From: Nitrosopumilus sp.
GTDB lineage: Archaea; Thermoproteota; Nitrososphaeria; Nitrososphaerales; Nitrosopumilaceae
Reading direction: 5' to 3'
Assembly: GCA_965204345.1 (NCBI GenBank)
Contig: OZ241981.1
Location: forward strand, 1,088,001-1,152,000
Length of the DNA stretch: 64,000 nucleotides
The notes below the pieces were generated by a model. The model was given only the letters and a program-made list of their open reading frames with translations, ran no database searches and was not told the origin of the DNA. Made by a program: the position numbers and the translations under genes. Of the stretch, positions 48,313 to 58,347 are shown piece by piece. Numbering within the stretch: position 1 is the stretch's first letter; every line of letters begins with the position of its first letter.

Positions 48313-49295
48313 AAAGCCTCTTTAAGATGTTCAAGATTTTGACTCATCTTTGAAATGTAATCATCTTTGGAAACAATTTCAAGTGGGGATAAAACTAGAA
48401 CTTTTCCACCAATCTCATCAGCAATAACTTGTGAGATTTTTGTATTCACAGTTTCTTCACTAAAAATCACCTTGAGATTTAATTCTCTAGCTTTTGAAAT
48501 AATATTTTCTAATGTTTTTGCAGTAACTTCGCCATGAGGATCATTTGATGAAACAATAGTATGTTGTGTCAAGTCGTATTCATCAGCAAAATATGAAAAT
48601 GCGTCATGAAATGCAATAAAATCACTATTGCAATTTGATAATTGGTTTTGAATCTTTAAATCTAGCAAATCTAATTTTTTATTATATTCTTCTGCATTTG
48701 ATTGATAAAAATCATTGTTTTTAGGATCAGAATTTGAAAAAGCATTTGCAATATTTTGTACTTGTATTTTTGCATATACAGGATTTAGCCAAATATGTGG
48801 ATCTCCTGCAAGATGTTCATGTTCATCGTGTTGTTCCTCATTGTGTTGTTCCTCATTGTGTTGTTCCTCATCGTGTTGTTCCTCATCGTGTTGTTCCTCA
48901 TCGTGTTGTTCCTCAGTTTGATTTGTTTTAATTCCATCGCTTGTATCAACTATTTTTCCGGGATAATTATTTTCTACTAAATCATCAATCCAGTTTTCGA
49001 AACCTATGCCATTTATAACAATTAAATCAGATTTTTGCATTTGTTGTACATCCTTAATTGTTGGTTCCCAGCCATGAGGTTCAACTCCAACTGGAATTAG
49101 TAAAGTAGCATCAACTTTTTCTCCTCCAACTACCTGTGAGAATTCATGAAGTGGGTTAAAAGAGGAAATAACATGAAGTTTTGAATTATCAATAGAAGCA
49201 ATCTTTTGAGTCTGATTTGTTCCATAGATTGCAATTGATGTTAATGGAATCACTATTGCAATTGCAATTATTGCAAATTTTATCTGAATATTCAC
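48306..49295 (-). CDS. znuA: Zn/Mn ABC transporter substrate-binding protein with His/Glu-rich loop
   Basis: EPHGWEP, DPHIWLNP, FHDAFSYF; (EEQH[D/N])6 loop. Confidence 0.92.
   Translation of the reverse strand: MNIQIKFAIIAIAIVIPLTSIAIYGTNQTQKIASIDNSKLHVISSFNPLHEFSQVVGGEKVDATLLIPVGVEPHGWEPTIKDVQQMQKSDLIVINGIGFENWIDDLVENNYPGKIVDTSDGIKTNQTEEQHDEEQHDEEQHDEEQHNEEQHNEEQHDEHEHLAGDPHIWLNPVYAKIQVQNIANAFSNSDPKNNDFYQSNAEEYNKKLDLLDLKIQNQLSNCNSDFIAFHDAFSYFADEYDLTQHTIVSSNDPHGEVTAKTLENIISKARELNLKVIFSEETVNTKISQVIADEIGGKVLVLSPLEIVSKDDYISKMSQNLEHLKEALC
48825..48914 (-). repeat. 15-bp coding tandem repeat x6 (EEQHD/N)
   Basis: at(c/t)gtgttgttcctc repeated six times. Confidence 0.92.
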
Positions 49296-49386
49296 GCAAG
49301 CAGCTCAATTCAGATTATTAATAAATGTATAAAATCTTAATAAGATTAATTGCTAAACTTATAAGATAATTAATAACATTAATCAT

Positions 49387-49770
49387 ATGCCAATAGTCTC
49401 AATCTCATTAAATGATGAAATATTATCTGAATTAGACAAGCTACAGACGTCAATGGGTTTTTCAGGAAGATCTGAGGCCATCAGAGCAGGAATTAGATCA
49501 TTTGTTTCTGAAGAAAAACAAAAAGCCGATTTAGCAGGAAATATTCACGCGATTTTGTTGGTTGTGCACAATGATGAGTTTGATCATGTGGTATCAGGAA
49601 TTACACATAATTTTGAAGATCTGATTACAACACATCTTCACAGTAAGATTGAAAAAGAAAAATGTATGGAACTTTTTGTAATTGATGGAGATGCTGAAAA
49701 AGTCTCTACAATGACAAAAGACTTTCAAACAAACAAAAACATGGATACTGTAAAATTAGTAGCACTTTAA
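49387..49770 (+). CDS. nikR: NikR-family metal-responsive ribbon-helix-helix regulator
   Basis: IVSISL...GFSGRSEAIR RHH; H...HLH.....C ligand set with CMELF. Confidence 0.85.
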   Translation: MPIVSISLNDEILSELDKLQTSMGFSGRSEAIRAGIRSFVSEEKQKADLAGNIHAILLVVHNDEFDHVVSGITHNFEDLITTHLHSKIEKEKCMELFVIDGDAEKVSTMTKDFQTNKNMDTVKLVAL

Positions 49771-51137
49771 ATGTAAAGTAAGTTCTTTCTTGTTACAAAA
49801 ATGATACCTGTAATGGAAATTATCAATACAAGTATTGCAATACTGCCAAATTCTGGAACAACAACCAATGCAAATTCGGTTTCTTGTCCTGTATTTCTAA
49901 TATTTTCAAATTTGATTATTGTTGGACCGGTTTGATCTTCTGAGAATGTAAATTTTTCAAACTCCCCGCCAATTTGAGTACTTCCAGATACACGATGAAT
50001 TTCCTGTCCATTTTGAAGTATTACAAATGTATAATCAGAATTTCTTAGAGGATCATTTGTTAATCCATCTCTTATAGTAAAAACAAAATTTGTATCAACT
50101 CCTGGTTCAATTTCTAAAGGATCCCATGAAAGATTTATTTTGAAATCCTCACTTTTTGTATATGCTTCCAAAGGAAATACAATAGTTTCACTTGTAGATA
50201 ATCTAAATTTCATATTATCGGGTAATGGGTCACCAGATTTTTTCATTTCATTTTTCATGAATCGTAAGTGATCTTGTAATAAAACAAAATGAATTATTCT
50301 CTCATCATCATCAGTATAGTCATCAACGGATATTGAAGATTTGAATAGTTCTATATCATTTGCAAAAGCAGAATAACTAGGAGATAAAAATTCTGTAAAA
50401 TCTTTTGGAAAGTGAGTTTCTATATGAACAACAGAGACGTGAGACATTTGTTTTTCACTCCAGTCAAAAGGCATCTCAAATGTAACTTCTTTAGCCTCAG
50501 GATTATACTCAAAATTTGAAATTGTATCAAAATAAGATTTTGAGCGAAATTCAACATCATGATTTTCTGCATCTTGTTCAATAAAGGATACAGTCTCAAT
50601 CAGGCTCAAATCCGCATTGTATACTCCAGAATCCTCTATGATGTTTGTAGGTTCATCAATTGTTCTAATTTCAATCTCAAAATTATACAAGCCACTCGAA
50701 GTAAAAAGAGGCCCAACTATTTCAATCGGATTAGATTCTGTTCCATACCAAGCACCTAGTAGAGAATCTTGTTCTCCATTAATTACAAGATTATCGACTC
50801 CAGGCTGTGGTGATATTTTAATAGGCAATACGCCATTTTCTGCAAAGAAATAATTTCTAAAAATCATTTCATCTTTATGAAATAAACCAATAAGAAAGGT
50901 TACATTTTTTGCATTTTCTTTTGTATCATCTTCAGTGGCAGTAATTATGATTTGATCGGACTGGTTTTCAAAATACATTGGCATTTCTACTGAAATGGAC
51001 AATTCCTTTCCTTGAACATCTACAGATGAAATTGTGTCAATACCAAACCCATGGCCATAAACACTGCTTGCAGGAAACAGTAAAGAGATCATTATTGTAC
51101 AAATTCCAAACTTGTTTAAAATCTTCATATTTTTCAT
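49767..51137 (-). CDS. Secreted HGxG-family protein with PEFG-CTERM anchor
   Basis: VYG|HGFG; YFDTISNF, FDW, VVHIE, IIHF; VVPEFG + TM. Confidence 0.85.
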   Translation of the reverse strand: MKNMKILNKFGICTIMISLLFPASSVYGHGFGIDTISSVDVQGKELSISVEMPMYFENQSDQIIITATEDDTKENAKNVTFLIGLFHKDEMIFRNYFFAENGVLPIKISPQPGVDNLVINGEQDSLLGAWYGTESNPIEIVGPLFTSSGLYNFEIEIRTIDEPTNIIEDSGVYNADLSLIETVSFIEQDAENHDVEFRSKSYFDTISNFEYNPEAKEVTFEMPFDWSEKQMSHVSVVHIETHFPKDFTEFLSPSYSAFANDIELFKSSISVDDYTDDDERIIHFVLLQDHLRFMKNEMKKSGDPLPDNMKFRLSTSETIVFPLEAYTKSEDFKINLSWDPLEIEPGVDTNFVFTIRDGLTNDPLRNSDYTFVILQNGQEIHRVSGSTQIGGEFEKFTFSEDQTGPTIIKFENIRNTGQETEFALVVVPEFGSIAILVLIISITGIIFVTRKNLLYI

Positions 51138-51147
51138 TAAATCACCA

Positions 51148-51858
51148 TTATTTTACTGTCAATAATTCTGTTACTTGCTGTATTAATTCATCCATAGTTG
51201 TCGCCTCTAAAATTGGCTGAAGCTCACTTGGAGCCTTAACGCCAATTGCAGATAAAGAGTATATGTAATCAATAGTTGGCGTCTCAGTATTCAGATAGTA
51301 TTGCTCTAAAACATGATCCAAGGAATGTGAATCAACAATTTGCGGTAAAGCTTGTTTGATGATTTTCTTTTTCCATAACTCAACTAACATTTTCCATTTC
51401 TCAAGTGAAATGCTTTCATCAATTTCAGGAATCATTTCAACTTCAGCTTGAATATACATTTTTTCCTCTGTTCCGATTTTTTCATGCATTTTAGAAATTT
51501 CTTGATGTCCTTCGACTGAAAGTGGATCATAATTTTCAGGCTGAGTAATGGATGGAGGAATAATCCGTTTTATGTTGAATGAATTTCTTCCAAGGGTTTC
51601 AATATGGAGCTGTAATCCATCAAGTTCAACATCTTCACATTTTGAAATTTTGGTAATGGTACCTACAAGTTTAGGAGAATTCCAACCGTTAATCAAATTA
51701 GTTTCATCAATAAGACATACACCAAATTGACCATCTCCAATCATGCAATCATCAACTAACTGCTTGTAGCGAGGCTCAAAAATTCGAAGTGGAAGTTCTT
51801 GTCTTGGAAATAAAACCAAGTCTAGTGGAAAAATTGGTATGATTTTTGTTTCAGTCAA
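51148..51858 (-). CDS. LON peptidase substrate-binding domain protein (stand-alone)
   Basis: IPIFPL..VLFP...LPLRIFEPRYKQLV. Confidence 0.9.
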   Translation of the reverse strand: MTETKIIPIFPLDLVLFPRQELPLRIFEPRYKQLVDDCMIGDGQFGVCLIDETNLINGWNSPKLVGTITKISKCEDVELDGLQLHIETLGRNSFNIKRIIPPSITQPENYDPLSVEGHQEISKMHEKIGTEEKMYIQAEVEMIPEIDESISLEKWKMLVELWKKKIIKQALPQIVDSHSLDHVLEQYYLNTETPTIDYIYSLSAIGVKAPSELQPILEATTMDELIQQVTELLTVK

Positions 51859-51900
51859 CTACTCATATTGAAATGCCTCTAGATATATGGAATACGGATT

Positions 51901-52830
51901 CTAAAACCCATTTTCATTTAGAGTCATACCTAGTAAAGCAGCACGTGTGTATTTTCCATATTCTGCTTGCTGAAAATATTTGGCATTCTTAGTATTGTCA
52001 ACATCAGCAGAGATTTCATCTATTCTTGGTAACGGATGTAAAATTATCGAATCGTCTTTCATTCTTTGTAACATATCTAATCCAACAACATAGCTTCCTT
52101 TCACTTTGAGATATTCTTCCTCATCAGGGAATCTTTCTTTTTGAATTCGTGTCACATAAAGAACATCAAGATCATCTAGATGTTCTTCGATATCAGTAGT
52201 TTCTGTAAAATCTAATCTTTTTTTAATTTCATAAGTTGAGTCAGATCTGATTCGTAATGATTCAGGAGAAATTAGTTTAACATCGACATCATAGTTACCA
52301 AGTCCATAAAGCAGAGAATATACTGTTCGTCCATACTTTATATCACCGACTATGCCAATTTTAAGGCCATCAATCTTTTTCTTTTCTTTTTTAATTGTAA
52401 ACAAATCTTGAATCGCCTGAGTTGGATGTTCTTCGGTTCCACTTCCTGCATTGATGACAGGTTTATCAGAAATTTCTGCTGCAAATCTGCTTGAACCATC
52501 CAAGGTATGACGTAATACTAGCACATCAGAATAAATTGACATTATTCTAACAGTGTCTGCAAGACTCTCACCCTTTTGAGTAGAAGAAGACGAGATATCA
52601 GAAATTCCTAGAGAATTACCACCAATAGAGGCCATGGCAGAATCAAAACTTAGGCGAGTCCTAGTACTTGGCTCATAAAACAGATATCCCAAAGTCTTTC
52701 CTTTGCAGATATCTCTTCTATCAGCAGAGTTTAGCTGCATAATTTTGTCAGTAGAGCTGAAGATTGTTTCTAACTGGTCTTTGGTATAGTCTTTAATTGA
52801 TATGATATCCTTTTGGTAAAACTCGTTCAT
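51901..52830 (-). CDS. pyrB: Aspartate carbamoyltransferase catalytic subunit
   Basis: FYEPSTRTRLSF, KGESLADT, EHPTQ, HPLPR. Confidence 0.97.
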   Translation of the reverse strand: MNEFYQKDIISIKDYTKDQLETIFSSTDKIMQLNSADRRDICKGKTLGYLFYEPSTRTRLSFDSAMASIGGNSLGISDISSSSTQKGESLADTVRIMSIYSDVLVLRHTLDGSSRFAAEISDKPVINAGSGTEEHPTQAIQDLFTIKKEKKKIDGLKIGIVGDIKYGRTVYSLLYGLGNYDVDVKLISPESLRIRSDSTYEIKKRLDFTETTDIEEHLDDLDVLYVTRIQKERFPDEEEYLKVKGSYVVGLDMLQRMKDDSIILHPLPRIDEISADVDNTKNAKYFQQAEYGKYTRAALLGMTLNENGF

Positions 52831-52870
52831 TCTTTCAATAATATATACAGGTGCTATACAAAGTATTCTG

Positions 52871-53332
52871 ATGGAGCAGTCCGACCTTATGGTTCGACGA
52901 ATTAAGGAAGGTACTGTAATTGACCATATTGATGAAGGAAAAGGTCTTCAGGTACTTGGTGCATTAAGAATCAATGGTGATGACGGAAGTTTAATCACAA
53001 TAGCCTTGAATGTTCCAAGTGGAAAATTTAAGAAAAAAGACATTATCAAAGTGGAAAACAAGTTTCTAAAAGATGATGATACAAACAAGCTTGCAGTCAT
53101 TGCGCCAAAGGCAACAATCAACATGATTAAAGAATACAAGTTAGTAGAAAAGAGGAGAGTTTCATTACCTAATGAAATTGATAGAATTTTTAGATGTTCA
53201 AATCCAGACTGCATTACAAACAGTACAGAACACATTGAATCAGTAATGGATGTTATTGATAAGGAAGGACGGGTGTTAAAATGCAGATATTGTGGAAGGG
53301 TTTTAGATGTAAACCAACTAAAATATAATTAA
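52871..53332 (+). CDS. pyrI: Aspartate carbamoyltransferase regulatory subunit
   Basis: IKEGTVIDHI, KKDIIKVE, CSNPDCITN, CRYC. Confidence 0.96.
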   Translation: MEQSDLMVRRIKEGTVIDHIDEGKGLQVLGALRINGDDGSLITIALNVPSGKFKKKDIIKVENKFLKDDDTNKLAVIAPKATINMIKEYKLVEKRRVSLPNEIDRIFRCSNPDCITNSTEHIESVMDVIDKEGRVLKCRYCGRVLDVNQLKYN

Positions 53333-53370
53333 ATAAAAAATCTAAAAATTTGAAAAATTTGTAGTTTGGA

Positions 53371-53676
53371 CTATTGTCCTAAGATGATAAACATCATAAC
53401 TATGCCGTAGATTGCGATTGATTCAACCATACCTACGAAGATGAATACCTTTGACTGTAAAGCTGGGTTCTCACTAATGACTGCAAGACCTGCTGCACCG
53501 ACTTGACCAAGACCTATTCCTGCTCCACCGGCTGCAATACCAAATGCTAAACCAGCACCTAAGAGTTTCATAGAGTCGCCATTAGATACACCATCTTCTG
53601 CTGCAAATGCAACTCCAGTCGAACCTAGAATTGAAATTGCTGATGCTGCCAAAAGTAACATGACGATAGATTTCAT
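53371..53676 (-). CDS. atpK: A-type ATP synthase proteolipid subunit K (c)
   Basis: GAGIGLG...GMVESIAIYG with conserved Glu; N-terminal leader. Confidence 0.95.
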   Translation of the reverse strand: MKSIVMLLLAASAISILGSTGVAFAAEDGVSNGDSMKLLGAGLAFGIAAGGAGIGLGQVGAAGLAVISENPALQSKVFIFVGMVESIAIYGIVMMFIILGQ

Positions 53677-53728
53677 TTACGATCAGGCTCCATGATATCC
53701 ATATTTAAATCATGATGAGATGAAAAGT

Positions 53729-53860
53729 TTAGATTCGATCTAAAGTTTTCTTTTTGAATGATGATAGATCGTCTTTTATGGAATTTATGAAATTGTCATA
53801 ATCTCCATCTAATTCCTTCTTTGAACTATCAAGTAATTTTTTTATTTCTTCTTTTGGCAT
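53729..53860 (-). CDS. Small 43-aa helical protein translationally coupled to atpD (absent from ORF track)
   Basis: TAATG overlap with the atpD stop; MPKEEIKKLLDSSKKELDGDYDNFINSIKDDLSSFKKKTLDRI*. Confidence 0.72.
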   Translation of the reverse strand: MPKEEIKKLLDSSKKELDGDYDNFINSIKDDLSSFKKKTLDRI

Positions 53861-54492
53861 TATTTTCCACTTTCCATCTTTTCTTTCACTTTTTTTAACT
53901 TTGCGAATTCTTCTCTTTCCCTCTCTTCAAGAGTAGAGAGAATAAATCGAATATTGTCTTTGTATTGTGGAATAATTACATTTTCTAGTGCATTTAGCAA
54001 TTTTTGTGTTTTTTCTAATGCTTTTGCAAGACTAAAAATAGAATTTTCATATTCTGCTGCTTTACAAATTTTTGGCATTAATTCCTTGATTTGTTTTGCT
54101 GCCCTATCAATGGAAGAGTTTGTGTCTGCAAATCCATAAGGCATTGATTTTGTATCTTTTTCAGTTACAGCTAGTGCCGGGATTTTGACATCAACTACTC
54201 TTCTAACGTGAACGTCTACTTCCATTACAGGCGGGGTAGATTCGGCTACTGAATCAACTGTGTTGGTTCCTAGTGCCAGATAAGACTCGTTAATTGATTT
54301 GTAAATATCTTGTAAGGGATCCCAAACTCCACCTCTTGCTTTGGATGCCTCTTGAATCATCTCTTCAATATTTTTTAGGAGAACTTTGCGTTTATCATCT
54401 AAAATTTGCTGCACCATTACGGCTATTTGGCTTGATTTTTTATATTTAAAAAGTTCAATTTTTGTTGCTGCAACGTTTTGTCCAAATGACAT
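53860..54492 (-). CDS. atpD: A-type ATP synthase subunit D
   Basis: TKIEL, LDDKR, NALENVIIP, LEEREREEFAKLK. Confidence 0.95.
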   Translation of the reverse strand: MSFGQNVAATKIELFKYKKSSQIAVMVQQILDDKRKVLLKNIEEMIQEASKARGGVWDPLQDIYKSINESYLALGTNTVDSVAESTPPVMEVDVHVRRVVDVKIPALAVTEKDTKSMPYGFADTNSSIDRAAKQIKELMPKICKAAEYENSIFSLAKALEKTQKLLNALENVIIPQYKDNIRFILSTLEEREREEFAKLKKVKEKMESGK

Positions 54493-54496
54493 TTAG

Positions 54497-55882
54497 TTAC
54501 TCTTCCTTGTAATACTGCTCAACGTACTTGTCTTTGATTTTGGTAATCTCACTCTTTGGTAATTTTGACACGATCTTCCACATCAAGGCAAGTGTTTCTT
54601 CAATAGTTCTGTTCTCATCAATTGCCTGTGTAAGGAATTCTTTTTCAAAGGTATCACCTAGCTCCAGATATTTGAGATCAATTTCAGTAAGCCCTGCTTT
54701 GCCTACAATACCTGCCAGTGCTCTTACTTCTTGTGATCTAGAATACGCATCATAAACCTGATTGGAAATCTCGCTGTGATCATCTCTGGTACTTCCTTCA
54801 CCAATTCCATCTTTCATCAATCTGCTAAGACTCATCAAAATATTGATTGGTGGATAAACGCCTTGTCTGAACAAATCTCTGCCAACCACTATCTGTCCCT
54901 CAGTAATGTAACCAGTAAGATCAGGTATTGGGTGAGTGATATCATCAGATGGCATTGATAGAATTGGAACTTGTGTAACACTTCCTTTTCTTCCATTAAG
55001 TTTTCCTGCTCTTTCATAAAGTGTTGAGAGGTCAGTGTATAGATAACCTGGATATCCTTTTCTTCCAGGAACTTCTTCTCTTGCTGCACTAATCTCTCTT
55101 AATGCCTCTGCATAGTTTGTCATATCAGTAATTACAACTAGAACATGCATTCCTAGTTCAAATGCCAAATATTCTGCTACAGTTAGTGCGACACGGGGAG
55201 TAATGATTCTTTCAATCGCAGGATCATCTGCAGTGTTAAGGAACAAAACACTTCTTTTGAATGCGCCGGATTCCTCAAGACTTCGTCTGAAATATTCTGC
55301 TTCACTGTATTGCACGCCAATTGCTGCAAAGACTACGGCAAAGTCATCTTGGGTTCCAACAACACTTGCCTGTCTTGCAATTTGTGCTGCTAAAAGATTG
55401 TGAGACATGCCAGAACCTGAAAAGATTGGGAGTTTTTGTCCTCTAACTAGGGTCATTAATCCATCGATTACAGATACTCCGGTTTGAATGAAATCCTTTG
55501 GATATTCACGTTGTTCTGGATTCATTGGTTCTCCGTTAATGTCTACAAATTTATCAGCAATTGGATCTGGGAGTCCATCTTTTGGGCGTCCTAGCCCATC
55601 AAATACCCTACCAAGTACTTCTTTGGATACTGGCATTTCCATGACTTTGCCTACAAATTTTGCGTTGGTTCCAGAGATTGATAATCCGATTGTGCCTTCA
55701 AAGACTTGGACAATTGCTTTTCCATTTCCTACTTCGAGAACTTTGCCTAATCTTCTTTCGCCTTCTGTGGTTTCAATTTCAACAAGTTCATCAAATGCTG
55801 CATTTTCAACATCGTCTATAATAACTAGAGGGCCTTTGATTTCTGCAATCTTACTGTATTGAACTCCACCTTCTACTGTCAA
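54497..55882 (-). CDS. atpB: A-type ATP synthase subunit B
   Basis: [41 protein letters not shown]. Confidence 0.97.
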   Translation of the reverse strand: MTVEGGVQYSKIAEIKGPLVIIDDVENAAFDELVEIETTEGERRLGKVLEVGNGKAIVQVFEGTIGLSISGTNAKFVGKVMEMPVSKEVLGRVFDGLGRPKDGLPDPIADKFVDINGEPMNPEQREYPKDFIQTGVSVIDGLMTLVRGQKLPIFSGSGMSHNLLAAQIARQASVVGTQDDFAVVFAAIGVQYSEAEYFRRSLEESGAFKRSVLFLNTADDPAIERIITPRVALTVAEYLAFELGMHVLVVITDMTNYAEALREISAAREEVPGRKGYPGYLYTDLSTLYERAGKLNGRKGSVTQVPILSMPSDDITHPIPDLTGYITEGQIVVGRDLFRQGVYPPINILMSLSRLMKDGIGEGSTRDDHSEISNQVYDAYSRSQEVRALAGIVGKAGLTEIDLKYLELGDTFEKEFLTQAIDENRTIEETLALMWKIVSKLPKSEITKIKDKYVEQYYKEE

Positions 55883-57657
55883 TTTGATACACTTACTCCT
55901 GAAATTGATTTGAATTGTTCTTGCATATCTTTATCTAACTGATCAAGTTTTGGCATCTCATCATCTTTGACATCCATTCTTGCCTTAAGTAAGCTGCTCA
56001 CTACCTCTAATTCACGAATGTCAGATAGTGTCGCGCCTTCTTTGAGTGCTTGTTGCCCGTTTTTGTAAAAATCAACACATAATTTCATTAGTTTGAATTG
56101 TTTTTCTGGACTGCAATAGGTATCAACATCATCAAATGAGTTTTGTTGTAACAAAGCAATCTTTACCATTCGTGCAACTTCAAGAATTAGTTTTTCTTCA
56201 TCAGGCAATGCTTCTGGACCTAAGAGTCTGACAATTTCTTTTAGCGTATCTTCTCTTTGTAGGACGCCATAAGTTTCACTTCTGATGTTAAACCAGTCTT
56301 CGCTAATGTTTTCACTCCACCATTTTGCAATATCTGCAAGATAACCAGAATAGCTATTCATCCAATTAATTGATGGGTAATGTCTAGAATATGCAAGTTT
56401 TGCATCCAAGGCCCAGAACGTTTTGATGAATCTCATTGTGTGAGTTGTAACTGGTTCTGTAAAGTCGCCACCAGATGGAGATACAGCGCCAATTAGGGTA
56501 ACTGAGCCGTCACGGTCTGGACTTCCTTCTGCTTTAACACGGCCTGCTCTTTCATAAAATTCTGCCAATCTTGATGCAAGATATGATGGATATCCTTCTT
56601 CTGCAGGCATCTCTTCTAATCTGCCACTCATTTCTCTTAGTGATTCAGCCCATCTGCTTGTTGAATCTGCTACAAGTACAACATCCTTGCCCATATCCCT
56701 GTAATATTCTGCAATTGTGACACCAGTGTAGATACTTGCCTCTCTTGCTGCCACTGGCATGTTACTAGTATTTGCTACAAGAACAGTTCTATCCATTAAC
56801 GGTTTTCCACTACGCGGATCTTTAAGATGTGGGAATTCAACTAATACTTCGGTCATTTCATTTCCTCTTTCACCACAACCAATGTAGACAACAACCTGAG
56901 AATCAGCCCATTTTGCAATTTGGTGCAATGTTACAGTCTTTCCTGTTCCAAACGCTCCAGGAATTGAACCGGTTCCTCCTTTTGCAATTGGGAAGAATGT
57001 GTCAATAATACGTTGTCCAGTTAGGAGTGGAACAGTTGGATCATATCTTTTATTGTAAGGACGTGGTTTTCGTACAGGCCATTTGTGATACATTTTGATA
57101 TCAACGGATTGTCCATCTTTCTCAGTAGTAGCTATTACAGTTTCTAAATCATAATCCCCTTCAGACACAAGGTTTGAAAGTTTTCCACCCACATGATCTG
57201 GTGGTAACATAATAGAGTGTTCGATAAGATCAGTTTCTTGAACGGTTCCGATAATATTTCCTGCAGCGACATCATCTCCGTTACTTGCAGTTGGAACAAA
57301 ATGATATTTTTTTGCCATATCTACAGCAGATGTTGTGATGCCTCTTCCGATGAAGGAACCAGATGCTTTGGATAATTCCCTTAGTGGTCTTTGAATTCCA
57401 TCATAAAGTTGTCCAATAATTCCTGGACCTAATAATACACTAAGTGGATTTCCAGTGCCAATTACAGGCTCGCCAGGTTTTAATCCACTTGTTGATTCGT
57501 ATACCTGAATAAATGCTACATCTCCAGTAAGTCGAATAACTTCGCCTACTAATTTTGAATTTCCTACAGTTACAGTTTCATACATTTTTGCATCAGACAT
57601 ACCATCTGCTCTTACAGCTGGGCCACTTACCCAGACAATTCTACCTTGAGCTACCAT
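55879..57657 (-). CDS. atpA: A-type ATP synthase subunit A (no intein)
   Basis: [34 protein letters not shown]. Confidence 0.97.
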   Translation of the reverse strand: MVAQGRIVWVSGPAVRADGMSDAKMYETVTVGNSKLVGEVIRLTGDVAFIQVYESTSGLKPGEPVIGTGNPLSVLLGPGIIGQLYDGIQRPLRELSKASGSFIGRGITTSAVDMAKKYHFVPTASNGDDVAAGNIIGTVQETDLIEHSIMLPPDHVGGKLSNLVSEGDYDLETVIATTEKDGQSVDIKMYHKWPVRKPRPYNKRYDPTVPLLTGQRIIDTFFPIAKGGTGSIPGAFGTGKTVTLHQIAKWADSQVVVYIGCGERGNEMTEVLVEFPHLKDPRSGKPLMDRTVLVANTSNMPVAAREASIYTGVTIAEYYRDMGKDVVLVADSTSRWAESLREMSGRLEEMPAEEGYPSYLASRLAEFYERAGRVKAEGSPDRDGSVTLIGAVSPSGGDFTEPVTTHTMRFIKTFWALDAKLAYSRHYPSINWMNSYSGYLADIAKWWSENISEDWFNIRSETYGVLQREDTLKEIVRLLGPEALPDEEKLILEVARMVKIALLQQNSFDDVDTYCSPEKQFKLMKLCVDFYKNGQQALKEGATLSDIRELEVVSSLLKARMDVKDDEMPKLDQLDKDMQEQFKSISGVSVSN

Positions 57658-57660
57658 TTT

Positions 57661-58278
57661 CTAATTTCCCACTCCGAATTTTGCTGCAATTTCTTTCCTT
57701 ATTAAAGGCTTCAGACGTTCAATTCTCGCATCGATCGTATTATCAAATGTCATTGCGCCATCTTTAGATTTTACTTTAATTCCTCCAATACAATCAATTG
57801 TCTCAGAAGATAATTCTGCTCCTGAAAATTGGGATAATGCAGACTGGACTACGTCTTTATCTTTTGCATTTGTAGAAATACTAATCTCTGGGGTATCCAG
57901 AATTTTGATTGCTTCTTCAATCAGAGTTTTAATAAGATTTGAATAATCGCCACTGCGATCAGCATTTGCAATTTGCTCCAATGCAGTTGAAAATACCTTG
58001 TCAACTGCTTCTTCTAATGCCATAAGTTGTTTATTTCTGGCCTCCGTATCTGCACTTCCTGTGATCTGTTTTTCGATCTTGTCAGCCTCTTTCTTTCCAT
58101 CTGAAATAATTTTATCATATTCGTTCTCTAATTTTGGAAGAGAATCATCCAGATTTTGTTGGGAGGCATCCAACCCGGATCTTAGATTGGCCAAAATATC
58201 TTCCTCAGAGTTTTTTAGAATTTTGTCAATTGTGCTTTCTAATGCAGAATTAGATGTCAATGGGTGCCGTTTATCCAT
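57661..58278 (-). CDS. atpE: A-type ATP synthase subunit E
   Basis: Coiled-coil N-terminus; CIGGIKV...DNTIDAR. Confidence 0.92.
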   Translation of the reverse strand: MDKRHPLTSNSALESTIDKILKNSEEDILANLRSGLDASQQNLDDSLPKLENEYDKIISDGKKEADKIEKQITGSADTEARNKQLMALEEAVDKVFSTALEQIANADRSGDYSNLIKTLIEEAIKILDTPEISISTNAKDKDVVQSALSQFSGAELSSETIDCIGGIKVKSKDGAMTFDNTIDARIERLKPLIRKEIAAKFGVGN

Positions 58279-58347
58279 AATGGATTTTAATGTTTGGGAT
58301 GTTAATCAGAAAGATATTAAACTAAATGAAAATACCCAAAATTTGTC

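Noticed and set aside
48715-48980. Three plus-strand ORFs with CCSSS, HRVVP and IVLFL repeats (metallothionein-like look)
   Set aside because: All are antisense readings of the 15-bp znuA repeat
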